A stretch of 32,000 bases of DNA from a cyanobacterium endosymbiont of Epithemia turgida isolate EtSB Lake Yunoko (GCF_000829235.1 NZ_AP012549.1:1-32000); one strand, 5' to 3'. Counted from the stretch's first letter, positions 1-11,824 are shown. Program-made: numbers and translations. Notes: a model not told the origin generated them from the letters alone.

Positions 1-530
1 TTTTTTAAAAAACCCCTCATATATTATTGTTAGAGTCTGAGACTAAAACTTAGAAAATGCGCGTTTATTCAACAAGAAATATTGACTTTTAAAAGTTGAT
101 ATTTATAAAAAAGATATCCACAAGTCGAAGCATATATATGCTTGTTTAATGGAAATAGAGTAAGATTAAAGTTAGTCATAATACAAGATTGAAGTATCAT
201 GTAAGGAAGAGCAACTGTTATGGTAAGCTGAAGCTACAAATGGTCATATATATATAAATTTGTCAACCTACTAATTAACCCCAAATTATATAATTTTATT
301 TTAAATATGCCTGAAATATTGAGTAATTAGTTCAAGAAGACATCTTTTTGTATTGGGAACAGTATTGAGATAACAAAGAGATAATTTGATGAGAACAAGG
401 AAAAATACATTTCTAGATTGTCTTTATATGCGTTGTGACCATAACCTATCCATGACAACTCGATCATCCAAAATTCCCTGCAAAGACGATTCATTAATCA
501 ACTTATATTCATGAATCTATAAGCATTTAA

Positions 531-1003
531 ATGGAGAATATGATGCATTTTGAGATGTTCACCTCGACATTAAATCTGGTGGTATGAGAAGAAGAATTTC
601 ATTTTTATTAAACCATTATGGAGAGAGTTATTGCTAAACAGAATATTCCTGGAGTAACAATAGAGGTCTAGAAACATTTGGACATTATTCCTTGGGGTTT
701 TCAGTAGTGCATATGGATGCCACCGTAACCTGTTAGTTCTATCATTCAATTATAATTTTGTTTTATTTAGAACCAATTTTACTAGGTTGCGGTGTATGCC
801 CTTTCTGAATATACCTAGTCTTCAAACTGGTGAGTGAACGACGAGGGCAAATTCTTGATTATGAAGCAGGTTTTGACTGCAAAGGATAAAACTAGGTAAA
901 GGCCTATTTACCCTAAGAAGAAATGCATAATTCTACTATATAATCATCTATTGCTTACCCTGTGAAGTTGGCTAGGCAACTCTCTTCTTACCTGTCTCTG
1001 ATA
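531..1003 (+). pseudogene. Relic of a beta-lactamase-family (PF00144-like) serine hydrolase; only the 5' portion survives
   Basis: One reading frame from ATG 531 gives ...MERVIAKQNIPGVTIEV*KHLDIIPWGFQ*..PVSSIIQL*FCFI*NQFY*..VNDEGKFLIMKQV..CIILLYNHLLLTL*SWLG. These follow the order and spacing of family motifs: IPG..V.kdG....GfG; pvt.dT.F.igS.SK.ft; veeGkl.Ldd.v; irhLLtHtSGl. About a dozen in-frame stops. The relic is cut short by the next gene at 1170. Motif match is by eye only. Confidence 0.45.
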
Positions 1004-1169
1004 ACATAATATTGAGTTTGCAGTCATAGACTTAAAATTAAAAGGTCTAAATGACTAAGAGAACTTTTGGAAAGTTGTTTAGTGCATCAGTCTGTCTTAA
1101 CTACTTATATTATATACTAACTCACAGTGAACCTAAAAATCTATAAGATCAAGTAAATCTCAAAATCCC

Positions 1170-2018
1170 TTGATGGAGGTCCCAACATTGGATGAACTGC
1201 GAGCAGTACTAGAATTAGCGACAGAAGAAGATCTACGTCATTTAACCCAAATACTTTTTTGTCGTAAATTTAATCCCCTCGATTATTTGCAAACCCCTGA
1301 CCCCATTGAAGTAGAAAGTCAAGACTGGGGAAGTTGGATAGATGCGGTGGAAAAACGGTTTCGTTACCTGGGAGCTGATGGCATCACGGTCCTACGAAAA
1401 AAGAGTAATCAAGTTAGCTACCGTCAAATTCTTATTCGTGTTTGTCAGTATTTAAAAATTTCTTATTCTAACCAGATGCCTACCACCGATATTGAAGCAG
1501 ACATTTTTCTTTATTTGGTCAGTAAAGCTTGGAAAAAACTTCCTCTTTGTGAACAAAAGACCCTGATGAAAGGAATAGAACTATCATTAGCTAACTCTAA
1601 CCGGGGTGAAACCCACCCTGCTAACTTTCAGAACAATCGCCTTAGTCTTTTGTTGAAGGGTAGCAGCGTGATCACGATAAACTCTTTCGTGAAACCCTGG
1701 CTACTTAAACATATTGCTCAACAATTTGTCCTCCATTTTGCTCGCTATCAAGTTGCAAAACAAGCTGTAGTTGGGGCTGGGACAGTGGCAGCTAATCAAA
1801 TTGTACTTAACACCGCTAGACTAAGAATGGTGACGACAGCAGCCCGTTATGGGACGTTTCGTGGAGTTTTTGCTTTTGTTGGTCCGATGTTATGGGGTTG
1901 GTTGTTGGCTGATTTAGGATGGCGAGCGATTGCTACTAATTACGGTCGCATTATTCCAGTCATTTTTGCCTTAGCTCAAATTCGTCTTACTCGCACCGAA
2001 TGTTGGGAAACCACTTAG
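1170..2018 (+). CDS. Conserved cyanobacterial protein with a YaaW/UPF0174-like domain and a hydrophobic C-terminal half
   Basis: Intact 282-codon ORF in a background where neutral sequence is dense with stops. The segment YLGADGITVLRKKSNQVSYRQILIRVCQYLKISYSNQMPTTDIEADIFLYLVSKAW resembles the YaaW signature. Start is TTG 1170 or the adjacent ATG 1173. Confidence 0.7.
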   Translation: MMEVPTLDELRAVLELATEEDLRHLTQILFCRKFNPLDYLQTPDPIEVESQDWGSWIDAVEKRFRYLGADGITVLRKKSNQVSYRQILIRVCQYLKISYSNQMPTTDIEADIFLYLVSKAWKKLPLCEQKTLMKGIELSLANSNRGETHPANFQNNRLSLLLKGSSVITINSFVKPWLLKHIAQQFVLHFARYQVAKQAVVGAGTVAANQIVLNTARLRMVTTAARYGTFRGVFAFVGPMLWGWLLADLGWRAIATNYGRIIPVIFALAQIRLTRTECWETT

Positions 2019-2083
2019 ATAAGTGAAAATAGTCAATATTTATCGTTTATATTCTAAATATTGTCAACTATTTAATTGATATT

Positions 2084-3373
2084 GTGAAGTCTTTGTTGTC
2101 GAGTTTCCAGTCAAGATCTAATGATCTTCAATGGGTAGAGAATTTCCTCAAGTTTGGGGTCTTTTTATTCCCCTTTTCTGCCACTATTGGGGGTGTAGGT
2201 TTAGTGATTGCCTTGTTTAGCCTGTGGCAGCAACGTTTTCACCAAATTATTTCTAAGCGTTTTACCTGGATATTAGGAGTATTCAGTCTTTGGCTGGTTA
2301 TTACATCATTTTTTGCTTTTCAACCTATTCTTGCCTTACAAGGATTGCCAAATTTTCTACCAGGAATTCTTCTATTAGCTGCTTTCCCCATTTTTTTTGT
2401 TAATTTATATCGATTGTATCAGTTTGCTTGGTGGGTGGTTTTAACGTCTATTCTCCTGACTGGATTAGGGTTTATGCAACTAGGATGGGGTTGGGAAAGT
2501 CCACTTTTTTTTAGGAGTATTGGGATTAAATTACTGGCTTATGGTAACCCTGATGGACGAATGTCTTCTTTTTTGATGTATGCTAATATTTTAGCTATTT
2601 ATCTTCTGGTTTCTTTTTTGTTAGCCATAGGGTTATGGATTTATATCTATCGTCACCGGCAAGCAAAACACAAACGAGAGATAATTGGGAAACTAACTAT
2701 TCTCAGTCTTGCGGTAGTAGGAGATGGACTGGGACTAATTTTTACCAATTCTCGTAGTGTCTGGGGATTAGCCTTGTTAGGGATGGTGTCCTTTGCCATT
2801 TATTTACGTTGGTATTGGGCCATTTACCTAGCGGTTATCGCGGTTGGAATGGTTGTTTGGGCTGCCTGGGTTCCTTGGGGACAGGAAACTATACGTGAAC
2901 TGGTTCCTGCTTATTTTTGGACAAGGTTGACGGATGAATTATATGATGATCGCTACGTCACTGCTTTACGGACTACCCAATGGAAAGTCGCTAGAGCGAT
3001 GATATTACAACAGCCTTGGTTAGGATGGGGACTCCGGAATTTTACCCCAGTCTACCAAGCTGAAATGAATGTGTGGATGGGACATCCCCATAACTTATTT
3101 TTAATGTTGTTTGCTGAAATTGGCATCCCTGGAACTTTACTTTTTTGTGGCATTGTGGGAAATGTGATATTTCGAGGGGTAAGAAATTTAGTTCAATGGT
3201 CTAATAAGCAAGAAAAACGTCAAGAACATTTACTACTGTTTACTTATTTAATAAGTTTTTGCAGTTGTATTTTATTCAATCTATTTGATGTCACTCTTTT
3301 TGATATTCGGGTCAATCTGTTGGGGTGGTTTTTGTTGTCAGCGATCACTGGTATCACAGAAGTTAAACGTTAG
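2084..3373 (+). CDS. O-antigen ligase / O-antigen polymerase family (Wzy_C-type) integral membrane protein
   Basis: 429-aa polytopic membrane ORF with a GTG start. Carries the family loop and motif ...RTTQWKVARAMILQQPWLGWGLRNF...GHPHNLFLMLFAEIGIPGTLLF. Confidence 0.8.
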   Translation: MKSLLSSFQSRSNDLQWVENFLKFGVFLFPFSATIGGVGLVIALFSLWQQRFHQIISKRFTWILGVFSLWLVITSFFAFQPILALQGLPNFLPGILLLAAFPIFFVNLYRLYQFAWWVVLTSILLTGLGFMQLGWGWESPLFFRSIGIKLLAYGNPDGRMSSFLMYANILAIYLLVSFLLAIGLWIYIYRHRQAKHKREIIGKLTILSLAVVGDGLGLIFTNSRSVWGLALLGMVSFAIYLRWYWAIYLAVIAVGMVVWAAWVPWGQETIRELVPAYFWTRLTDELYDDRYVTALRTTQWKVARAMILQQPWLGWGLRNFTPVYQAEMNVWMGHPHNLFLMLFAEIGIPGTLLFCGIVGNVIFRGVRNLVQWSNKQEKRQEHLLLFTYLISFCSCILFNLFDVTLFDIRVNLLGWFLLSAITGITEVKR

Positions 3374-3439
3374 TTTGTAAAGATATCTTAATTGAGACTT
3401 AAACTACTATAAAATATAATTATACATGTGAGTTATAAG

Positions 3440-4175
3440 AAGTATAAAACACAGTTATTCTTTCCGATACATAAGCTAAACCACAACGATATTAATGAGG
3501 TTTACTAACTTTTAGTTTATATTCTGTTGATGGTGAGTGATTGTTTTCAATTCTTGTTAATAGAGCTTTTAAAAAAGTTATATCAACAAGGTATTTTCGG
3601 TTTCTAAATAATTTATTTTCTGGAATAAATACACCGTCATTGTTGCTTGAAGTCAACTCAAAATCAATAATTGACCGCAGTCGTTTATGATTAGATGTAG
3701 TTCAACTAAAAAAATGTACTACAAATTTTAATCCCGTCCAACTAAGCTTTCAAAAACTCAAAATATTCTACTACAAGATTGATGAAAAACTTTGATTGGA
3801 GTAGAGTTTGTGAAACTAATTCATATTATTTTTCCTTTGCAAGTCGGTAAAAAACCGTACAGTCAAATAATTACCTAGAGCATAAGATCCACAAAGCGAT
3901 GATAGTTTACCGGATTAGGAAATGTTTTTTTGCAATGGAGAAAAATATTTGATGTATAAAATCATCTGAAGGTCCAATATTCATGAATTATGAAAAGTAA
4001 TTATAATGTTGGTAACTTGACCTCTACCCAAACGAGAACAGCATATTTTTCTCAAATAAATTCCGTTAATTTTGGAACGGTGTTACAGTGCTGTTTGAAT
4101 CTTTTTTCGATTAATTGCACAATTTTTTCTATGTTAAAATCAAGTTTTTGCAAAAAATATCTTGATATTCTAAGG
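3440..4175 (-). mobile_element. Degenerate IS982-family transposase gene (pseudogene, 3'-truncated or internally deleted)
   Basis: Minus-strand translation gives LLFIIHEYWTFR*FYTSNIFLHCKKTFPNPVNYHRFVDLM ... ISFTNSTPIKVFHQS..VFESLVGRD*NL*YIFLVELHLIINDCGQLL. This is colinear with IS982 transposase blocks (tILiLFHqSGYrtFKhFY...fPnLVSYnRFVeLM; ISfiDSTPi.VCHn; GKSSmGWFYGFKLHLiINdkGEll). Multiple stops. The 69-aa plus-strand ORF 3990..4199 is antisense to it. Ends are approximate. Confidence 0.6.
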
Positions 4176-4306
4176 ATTATTACGATTGATTTAAGATAAA
4201 TATTGAAATTAATTTTTTTGTTTTTAAGAGTTTTAAGTTAAATAACTGAGGATAAATTTTTATGAGGCCTGTAACTTATTGATTATTGTGGTTATATTTC
4301 CCAGTT

Positions 4307-4350
4307 AATGAACTTTAAACGAATGAACTTTAAACGAATGAACTTTAAAC
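4307..4350. repeat. Tandem repeat, 15-bp unit aatgaactttaaacg x ~3
   Basis: Direct reading: aatgaactttaaacg / aatgaactttaaacg / aatgaactttaaac. Confidence 0.95.
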
Positions 4351-5547
4351 TTAAATGGTTATCCCTAACTGACCAACAGTGCCGAGAATCTTATTACATT
4401 TAATTTATTTAGTCAGCAACGAATAATGAACTTGATTAATCGTTAGAGGAACATTATCTGTTTACTAAGAAATCATAATCAAAAACAATTGCATTAGCGG
4501 CTACGGCGGACTCAAAAGTATTCTAGAATTTTTCTCTCTGTCGTCAGAACCATAACTCCAAAACGAACTATCACCCCAAGCCTAAGCACTAATCCCTAAA
4601 GTGTAAAAATTGATATTTCTAACCAATAGTTGATGATCTTCTATAAGTTTTATCGTGATGGGCTTTACCAAATTGTTTTACAATAAAACACCTTTTCTGG
4701 TTTAGGCTGAACATGCTCTGAATTTTTTCTTTATAATTGCTGCTTTAGCGAATCTAAGTGAGTATTTACTCGATAATAAATAATATCCAATGTTTAAAAC
4801 AATGTAATATCTACTATTGTCAATTTAATTTGTACTAAGTCTTAATGAGCTGCCTAGTTGACAACTTTCCTTAGAAAAATTATTATAGTCTTTCAGGGGC
4901 ATAGCAAGTAAGCTTTGTTAAACCAGGTAAGCACGTCCTACTGAAACCTAACTTTTAAAAAGCAAGTTACTCCACTAAGTAGGGAATATATTACCTACCC
5001 TGAAATGGGTCACTATATGGTTGAGTTGGTAAAAGATGTGGGAGATGTGGGAGGAAAGTCTTGATGTAGTCATTAATCTTCCGAAAGTTAAATTCTATTT
5101 TTAATTTACCCTAACCTTGGGATGTAAAAATTTCTTTGGATCTATGCTAGGAAAAATAAAAGCTTGGTGGTATATGAAGGCAAGGAAAAACATTAAGGGC
5201 TTTTGGGAAAAGTTAGTAGAAAAGGCACGAACAATCAACTCTGATTCAACCATTGTTGAAAGTTTTAATTGGCAATAAAGGTAATGAACTGGTTGATGGC
5301 AAACCTCGTTTGTTAGAGATTTTGGGTGAATCTGCAGATGTTTTTGTTTTAGATTAAAATTATGGTCAATATTTTAGGGTTTGAATTCTCATTTGTGTTT
5401 ACTGTTACTGCACAAACATACCTTGGCTTCTGTTGAGATATGACCTCGTTCTCGTTCACCTCCTCCTGTTTTTTCCAGAGCGCTTAAAAGTCACTGATTG
5501 GAAGTTGCCAGAAGTGTTGATGCTTATTGATGTTGGTTAACCTATAG

Positions 5548-5600
5548 TTCTCCGTTCTACTTTAAAATATTTCTCCGTTCTACTTTAAAATATTTCTCTA
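5548..5600. repeat. Tandem repeat, 23-bp unit ttctccgttctactttaaaatat x 2 perfect copies plus a degenerate partial third
   Basis: Units 5548-5570 and 5571-5593 are identical. 5594 onward (ttctctattcg...) is a decayed partial copy. Confidence 0.95.
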
Positions 5601-6004
5601 TTCGTTTTCTTCGAGAACCCCTTAAAGTCTATTCAAGAAAATAATTAGGACTATTGCATATTATAAAATTAACTATCAAATTAGTTACATACACATTACA
5701 AGTATTATTACTTATTAAATAATAATACATAAAGTCAATTATTAGCCTTCGATTGCTTAGGATGACTACTCACTCTTTAGTGGTATTTTTTCATGTATTT
5801 CACCGAAGTTTAATTAAGAATTAACAATACTAACACTTGTCAAGAAAAAATTATTACAATGAAAATAACGAGGTTATCATTGAAACCTCATTGATGACAA
5901 TTTATTGAGTTCAGGTCAATCAGCCATTTTTATGGAATATAGTACTCCGTCAGGGAAGGTTGTAGAGCCTCCGGCTCACAGGTGGGCTTATATTATAGGA
6001 ACCA

Positions 6005-6997
<993 letters not shown>

Positions 6998-7922
6998 TTA
7001 TATTGATACTTCATTACCTGAAAGTTACTATTTGAGAAGCAATCTTATATCACTAAACCATAGATCTTTATTCTGGGGTTATTGTTGGGACAAATGTTTA
7101 TCAACTTAATATAAGTGTATTTATTTAGTGGTTGAAGAGATGCTAAAAGCAAACTATTTGCTCGTAACTTGAGTATATTTAGGAGTTATAAGATGGCAAA
7201 AGGCTAAAAAACTGTCTTTCAGGACAGCTTATTTTAATAATTAAATTGCAATACCTTAGTAGTTGGACATAAATAATACTATATTGAAAAGTATTAAAAA
7301 ATTAAATACACTATTAATTAATACCCAAGATTAGTCAAAAAAAATCGAATAAAGCTCAAAATTAATATCTGTATTAGTTCGCTTTAATTTAGCATAAAAC
7401 TTTAACCTAGTTAGATAAAATCTATACTTTTTTATTTTAAATAAAAAATATTGCCACTTTTAAACTATTTTTTTCTCAAAATAATTAGACAACTTCCATA
7501 ACTGCTATTGCTAATATATATTCATGGTCTTTTTTTTTCCATTTGTTCTTAATGCCATCGAATTCTAGAGAATAAGAATAAAAGCATCACTTTGAACGCT
7601 CTTTAAAGCTTATCCATATTCAAACCTTTTTTTCTATCTTTAAGTCGAGGAAGTACATTTGAAATAAATGGCAATTTCCCTCAGTTTTCACTCTATTGCC
7701 GAGAATATAATGACACTAACTCTATCTTTTGTTCTTTAAGCAACTTATTTAAGCTTGACTTAACCCCAATAAAGTCTTTTCTTGCTCCGACTTGAAAAAC
7801 AATCTTAAGCGAATAGATGATACTAGTTGCTCATAATTATTGTCGCTAACTCTATTTATACACTTTTATATTTGTTTTTCATTATCACTTTTCAATATAA
7901 AACCTACATTAATATAGTACTA

Positions 7923-7985
7923 TTTATATGTATCTAACTACTTATTTTTTAATTTTTAAAAAATAAGTAGTTAGATACATATAAA
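7923..7985. repeat. Perfect 30-bp-stem palindrome (hairpin) with a 3-nt loop
   Basis: Bases 7923-7952 (tttatatgtatctaactacttattttttaa) are the exact reverse complement of 7956-7985. Loop is ttt. Checked base by base. Confidence 0.95.
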
Positions 7986-8075
7986 GCATTACATGGTAAT
8001 ACCTTTATCTTTTATTTATTAAACAATTGTTACAGCTAATCTATAAGAGTTGCTTGTTATACAATTTTAACTTAA

Positions 8076-8120
8076 TCACTAAGAGTATGGTCTAATTATA
8101 TTAGACTATGCTCTTAGTGA
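8076..8120. repeat. 21-bp inverted repeat with a 3-nt loop and two transition mismatches
   Basis: tcactaagagtatggtctaat / tat / attagactatgctcttagtga. That is 19 Watson-Crick pairs plus two T:G pairs. Confidence 0.9.
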
Positions 8121-8254
8121 TGCGATAGTAAATTACTTTTATCTATCTTAGGTTTTCTATTTTTAATAATGGAACAACGGCAATTAAAAATTAAGCTTAT
8201 ATTTACCGATAAAAAAATGATTTTATCATAAAAAAATAATATTTATAATTATTG

Positions 8255-8294
8255 TAATAATTAGTATTCTTTTAAAGAAAAATACTAATTATTA
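8255..8294. repeat. 14-bp perfect inverted repeat with a 12-nt spacer
   Basis: taataattagtatt (8255-8268) and aatactaattatta (8281-8294). Confidence 0.85.
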
Positions 8295-9160
8295 ACTTAT
8301 ATTAACGATTAATATTGATTATTATTTAATAATACAGGTTTTGTTCTAAATATCTAAATTCAAATTTGCAAACTTTAACGATTATATAATTTAGTACTTA
8401 TAAAACAATACTACGATAACTATTTCAAAAAAGTAAGACGTAAAGCTAAATTACCTTCTCAACATAAATTAAGAGAAAGTTTATTAAGTAAATATAGATA
8501 AGCAATCAGTAGAGTAAAAAAAGTCAATAAAACAGTTACAAAAATTTATATATTTTGAATATTCGATATTATACATGTTTTAAATTTAGTCATTAATAGT
8601 TTGAATTAAAGAATATTTAAGAGATAAAAGTTGATTAATTAAGTTTACTGATTATTTTATAGTAAGTAATTATTTTAAATTTTCGTTGATTTAATCTCTC
8701 AAAGAGTTCTTGGGCAATAAATCCTCAGTATTTCAAGAGTTTTAAACTCAAGTATTACCTTAATTCAGGAACAGATTTACGGTCATCTATGTTGCCATAA
8801 GTTAATTTAAAAGCCAATAATTGACTGTCAACTTATTTCTATAATTTCTCTTTTATGAGTCTCTAAAAAACAGCACACTAAAATCATTATCCATGGCATA
8901 TTTTTCCCTACTATTAAATGAAACTATTATCTTTTTTTGATAAAGGTTTTCAATTAAGGAACAGAATAACAATGCCATTTTAATCTTTGATAGAAACAAT
9001 CTAGATAACAAAATACTTGGGTCAATATCGAGATATAATTTTATATTCATAGCATCTTACCTTAATAAATGCCGCTTCTGAAATAGATTCGCTACTTGTC
9101 TATCTCTCCCAAAATTTTTATAAAATTTACCTTGATTAATGTTGCCCCTGATGGATGACC

Positions 9161-9190
9161 AATAAGAAGGCGGACATTACCCGCCCTATT
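9161..9190 (-). terminator. Candidate intrinsic terminator downstream of acnB
   Basis: On the minus strand: GGCGG-gtaatgt-CCGCC followed by ttcttatt, about 60 nt after the acnB stop. It is the only GC-rich stem in this AT-rich tail. The stem is short (5-6 bp). Confidence 0.4.
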
Positions 9191-9244
9191 ATTCTAACTT
9201 AAGACTTCTTTTGGAATACCCAAAATATCTTCAATCTTTGTTAT

Positions 9245-11824
9245 TTATTCTAACGGAATAATCCGTCCTTCGTCTTGAAAACCTTCAATTTGATTGAAAT
9301 TTAAATAACAATATAATTGACTAGAAAAGGGTTTAATTTTTTCTGTGATAATGGACATGTATTCCTCAACTGTTGGAATTTTTCCTAATAAGGCACACAC
9401 CGCAGCCAATTCTGCAGAACCAAGGTAAACTTGAGCCCCTTTACCCATACGGTTATTAAAGTTGCGGGTAGAAGTGGAAAACACTATCGTATTATCTTCT
9501 ACACGTGCTTGATTACCCATACATAGAGAACATCCAGGTATTTCTATCCGCGCATCAACAGCTTTAAAAATATCATAAATACCTTCTTCCCGTAGCTTTT
9601 TTTCATCCATTCGAGTTGGGGGACAAATCCATAAACGTACCGGTAAACCGCTATATACTCCTATTTTTTGTCCTTCTAAAATACTAGCAGCAGCGCGATA
9701 ATGTCCAATATTTGTCATACAAGAACCGATGAATACTTCATCAATTTTTTCTCCTGAACATTCGGACATTAGTTTAACATTATCTGGGTTATTTGGTGCA
9801 GCAACAATAGGTTCTCTAATCTCACTTAAATTAACTTCAATAGTATCTGCATATTCAGCATTTTTATCTGCTTCCAGCAATACAGGATTTTTCAACCATT
9901 GTTCCATTTTTTCTGTACGACGTACCAAAGTTTTAGAGTCTTGATAACCTCGCGCCACCATATTTTTAATTAGGACAACATTGGACTGTAAATATTCAGC
10001 AATAGTCCCTTTTTCCAACTTAATAGTAGCTCCTGAACAAGACCTTTCTGCCGTAGCATCTGTTAATTCAAATGCTTGTTCAACCTTTAAATTCGGTAAA
10101 CCTTCTATCTCCATGATACGTCCATTGAAAATATTAATTTTTTTCTCTTTAGCAACGGTTAATTTACCTTCTTGTATGGCTACCCAAGGAATAGCATTAA
10201 CAATGTCCCGTAAAGTTACCCCAGGTTGTAATTCCCCAGTAAACTTAACCAACACTGATTCTGGCATATCCAAAGGCATTACTCCGAATGCTGCTGCAAA
10301 TGCAACTAACCCTGAACCTGCCGGGAAAGATATACCCAAGGGGAAGCGAGTATGGGAGTCCCCCCCAGTCCCGACAGTATCGGGTAATAACATTCGGTTT
10401 AACCAAGAGTGGATGATACCATCCCCAGGATGCAACGCGACCCCCCCACGGGTTGAGAAGAAATCCGGCAACTCTTTATGAATTTTGACATCGACAGGTT
10501 TGGGATAAGCGGCAGTGTGACAAAAACTTTGTAGAGTTAAGTCTGCATTGAACCCTAGACAGGCTAACTCTTTTAATTCATCACGGGTCATAGGCCCTGT
10601 GGTATCTTGAGAACCTACAGTCGTCATTATGGGTTCGCAAGAATCTCCTGGACGAACCCCAGGTAAACCGCAAGCTTTACCAACTATTTTTTGTGCTAAG
10701 GTAAACCCAGGTATTTGTTCGTCCTCGATAGAGGAGATAGGACGAACAAAAATAGTGCTAGGTTCAAGTCCCAATGCCTGGCGAGTTTTATCAGTTAAGG
10801 CGCGTCCAATAAGTAAAGGAATACGTCCCCCTGCGCGTACTTCGTCTAAGATGGTTTCAGGTTTAGGGATGAAGGTTGCAATAATTTTTTCTGCTTCGTT
10901 AGTAATTTCTCCTTTGTAGGGATGGATAATGATAACGTCTCCGGTTTCCATTTTGCTGACATCGCATTCAATGGGAAATGAACCGGAATCTTCAGCCGTA
11001 TTGAAAAAAATAGGGGAAATTTTTCCGCCAATAATGTATCCTCCTGAACGTTTGTTGGGGACAAAAGGGATATCATTCCCAATATGCCATAAAATAGAAT
11101 TGATGGCAGACTTACGGGAAGACCCCGTTCCAACAAGATCCCCTACGTAAGCAATGGGATGGCCTTTATCTTTGAGTCTAGCAATAGTTTCTATTCCTTC
11201 TGGAACAAGAGATTCTAGCATAGTTAAGGCGTGTAAAGGAATGTCCGATCTTGTGGTTGCATGGAGGGCGGGGGACAGGTCATCGGTGTTGGTTTCTCCA
11301 CAAACTTTGAAGACAGTGACGATAATGGCTTCGGGGACTTTAAGTTTATTGGTAAACCAGGAAGCATTAGACCAAGCATCGATGACCTGTCTGGCATAGG
11401 GGTTAGTTTCCGATAATTCTAAGACTTCATTAAACGCATTGAAGACTAAGATAGTTCTACTTAATGCGGTGACTGCTGCTGATGCTAAGTTGCTGTCGGT
11501 AGATTTAAGCAGTCCGACCAGTGATTGTACATTATAGCCACCTATCATGGTTCCTAATAAGTTCACTGCTTCTTGAGGGGAGATTGTAGTACAGATTATC
11601 TCACCTTTAGCTACCCCTGTTAAAAATCCTGCTTTGACATAAGCCGCTTCATCTACACCAGGGGGAATTCTATCTCGTAGTAACATTAAAAGTTCTTTTT
11701 TTAGTTCTTCAGGAGGATTTTTAAGAAGTTTACATAGTTGCGAAGTTTGTTCTGCCGTTAAGGCTAAAGGAGGAATTCCCAACTTTGCGCGTTCCTCTTT
11801 GTGTTTACGATAACTTTTTAACAT
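9245..11824 (-). CDS. acnB: Aconitate hydratase B (bifunctional aconitase 2 / 2-methylisocitrate dehydratase)
   Basis: 859-aa ORF with the typical AcnB N-terminus [30 protein letters not shown]. Fe-S ligand regions are present ([17 protein letters not shown]). AGGAG Shine-Dalgarno sits 8 nt upstream of the ATG. TAA stop. Confidence 0.96.
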   Translation of the reverse strand: MLKSYRKHKEERAKLGIPPLALTAEQTSQLCKLLKNPPEELKKELLMLLRDRIPPGVDEAAYVKAGFLTGVAKGEIICTTISPQEAVNLLGTMIGGYNVQSLVGLLKSTDSNLASAAVTALSRTILVFNAFNEVLELSETNPYARQVIDAWSNASWFTNKLKVPEAIIVTVFKVCGETNTDDLSPALHATTRSDIPLHALTMLESLVPEGIETIARLKDKGHPIAYVGDLVGTGSSRKSAINSILWHIGNDIPFVPNKRSGGYIIGGKISPIFFNTAEDSGSFPIECDVSKMETGDVIIIHPYKGEITNEAEKIIATFIPKPETILDEVRAGGRIPLLIGRALTDKTRQALGLEPSTIFVRPISSIEDEQIPGFTLAQKIVGKACGLPGVRPGDSCEPIMTTVGSQDTTGPMTRDELKELACLGFNADLTLQSFCHTAAYPKPVDVKIHKELPDFFSTRGGVALHPGDGIIHSWLNRMLLPDTVGTGGDSHTRFPLGISFPAGSGLVAFAAAFGVMPLDMPESVLVKFTGELQPGVTLRDIVNAIPWVAIQEGKLTVAKEKKINIFNGRIMEIEGLPNLKVEQAFELTDATAERSCSGATIKLEKGTIAEYLQSNVVLIKNMVARGYQDSKTLVRRTEKMEQWLKNPVLLEADKNAEYADTIEVNLSEIREPIVAAPNNPDNVKLMSECSGEKIDEVFIGSCMTNIGHYRAAASILEGQKIGVYSGLPVRLWICPPTRMDEKKLREEGIYDIFKAVDARIEIPGCSLCMGNQARVEDNTIVFSTSTRNFNNRMGKGAQVYLGSAELAAVCALLGKIPTVEEYMSIITEKIKPFSSQLYCYLNFNQIEGFQDEGRIIPLE

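Noticed and set aside
3990-4199. 69-aa plus-strand ORF
   Set aside because: It is antisense to the N-terminal part of the IS982-family transposase relic. Composition is low-complexity and AT-driven, with no homology signal.
4307-5600. Tandem repeats as a CRISPR array
   Set aside because: The units are directly adjacent with no spacers, there are only 2-3 copies, the two loci have unrelated units, and no cas genes are present.
7190-7215. AGGAG-N7-ATG followed by MAKG* as a live small gene divergent from por
   Set aside because: The ORF is only 4 codons long. At best it is the fossil start of a deleted gene, and it cannot be identified.
8076-8120. Both hairpin mismatches being G:U on the plus strand as evidence for a plus-strand structured RNA
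   Set aside because: Any transition in a perfect palindrome gives G:U on one strand and A:C on the other. Two mismatches falling on the same strand has probability one half.
8853-9050. 65-aa minus-strand ORF downstream of acnB
   Set aside because: Extremely AT-rich and low-complexity (K/I/L/F/N-dominated), with no RBS. It lies beyond the candidate acnB terminator. It may sit within an older relic (an upstream fragment reads LIGHPSGATLIKVNFIKILGEIDK*), but it is not a credible live gene.
9729-11399. Six ORFs of 71-166 aa overlapping acnB: five on the plus strand, plus 10846..11136 on the minus strand in an alternative frame
   Set aside because: Five are antisense to, and one is out of frame within, a highly conserved intact gene. 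These are typical shadow ORFs of a relatively GC-richer coding region. The same reasoning applies to 16438-17771 inside lptD, 18309-18494, 19765-19965, 22516-22954, 24544-24843, 28557-28751 and 30539-30763.
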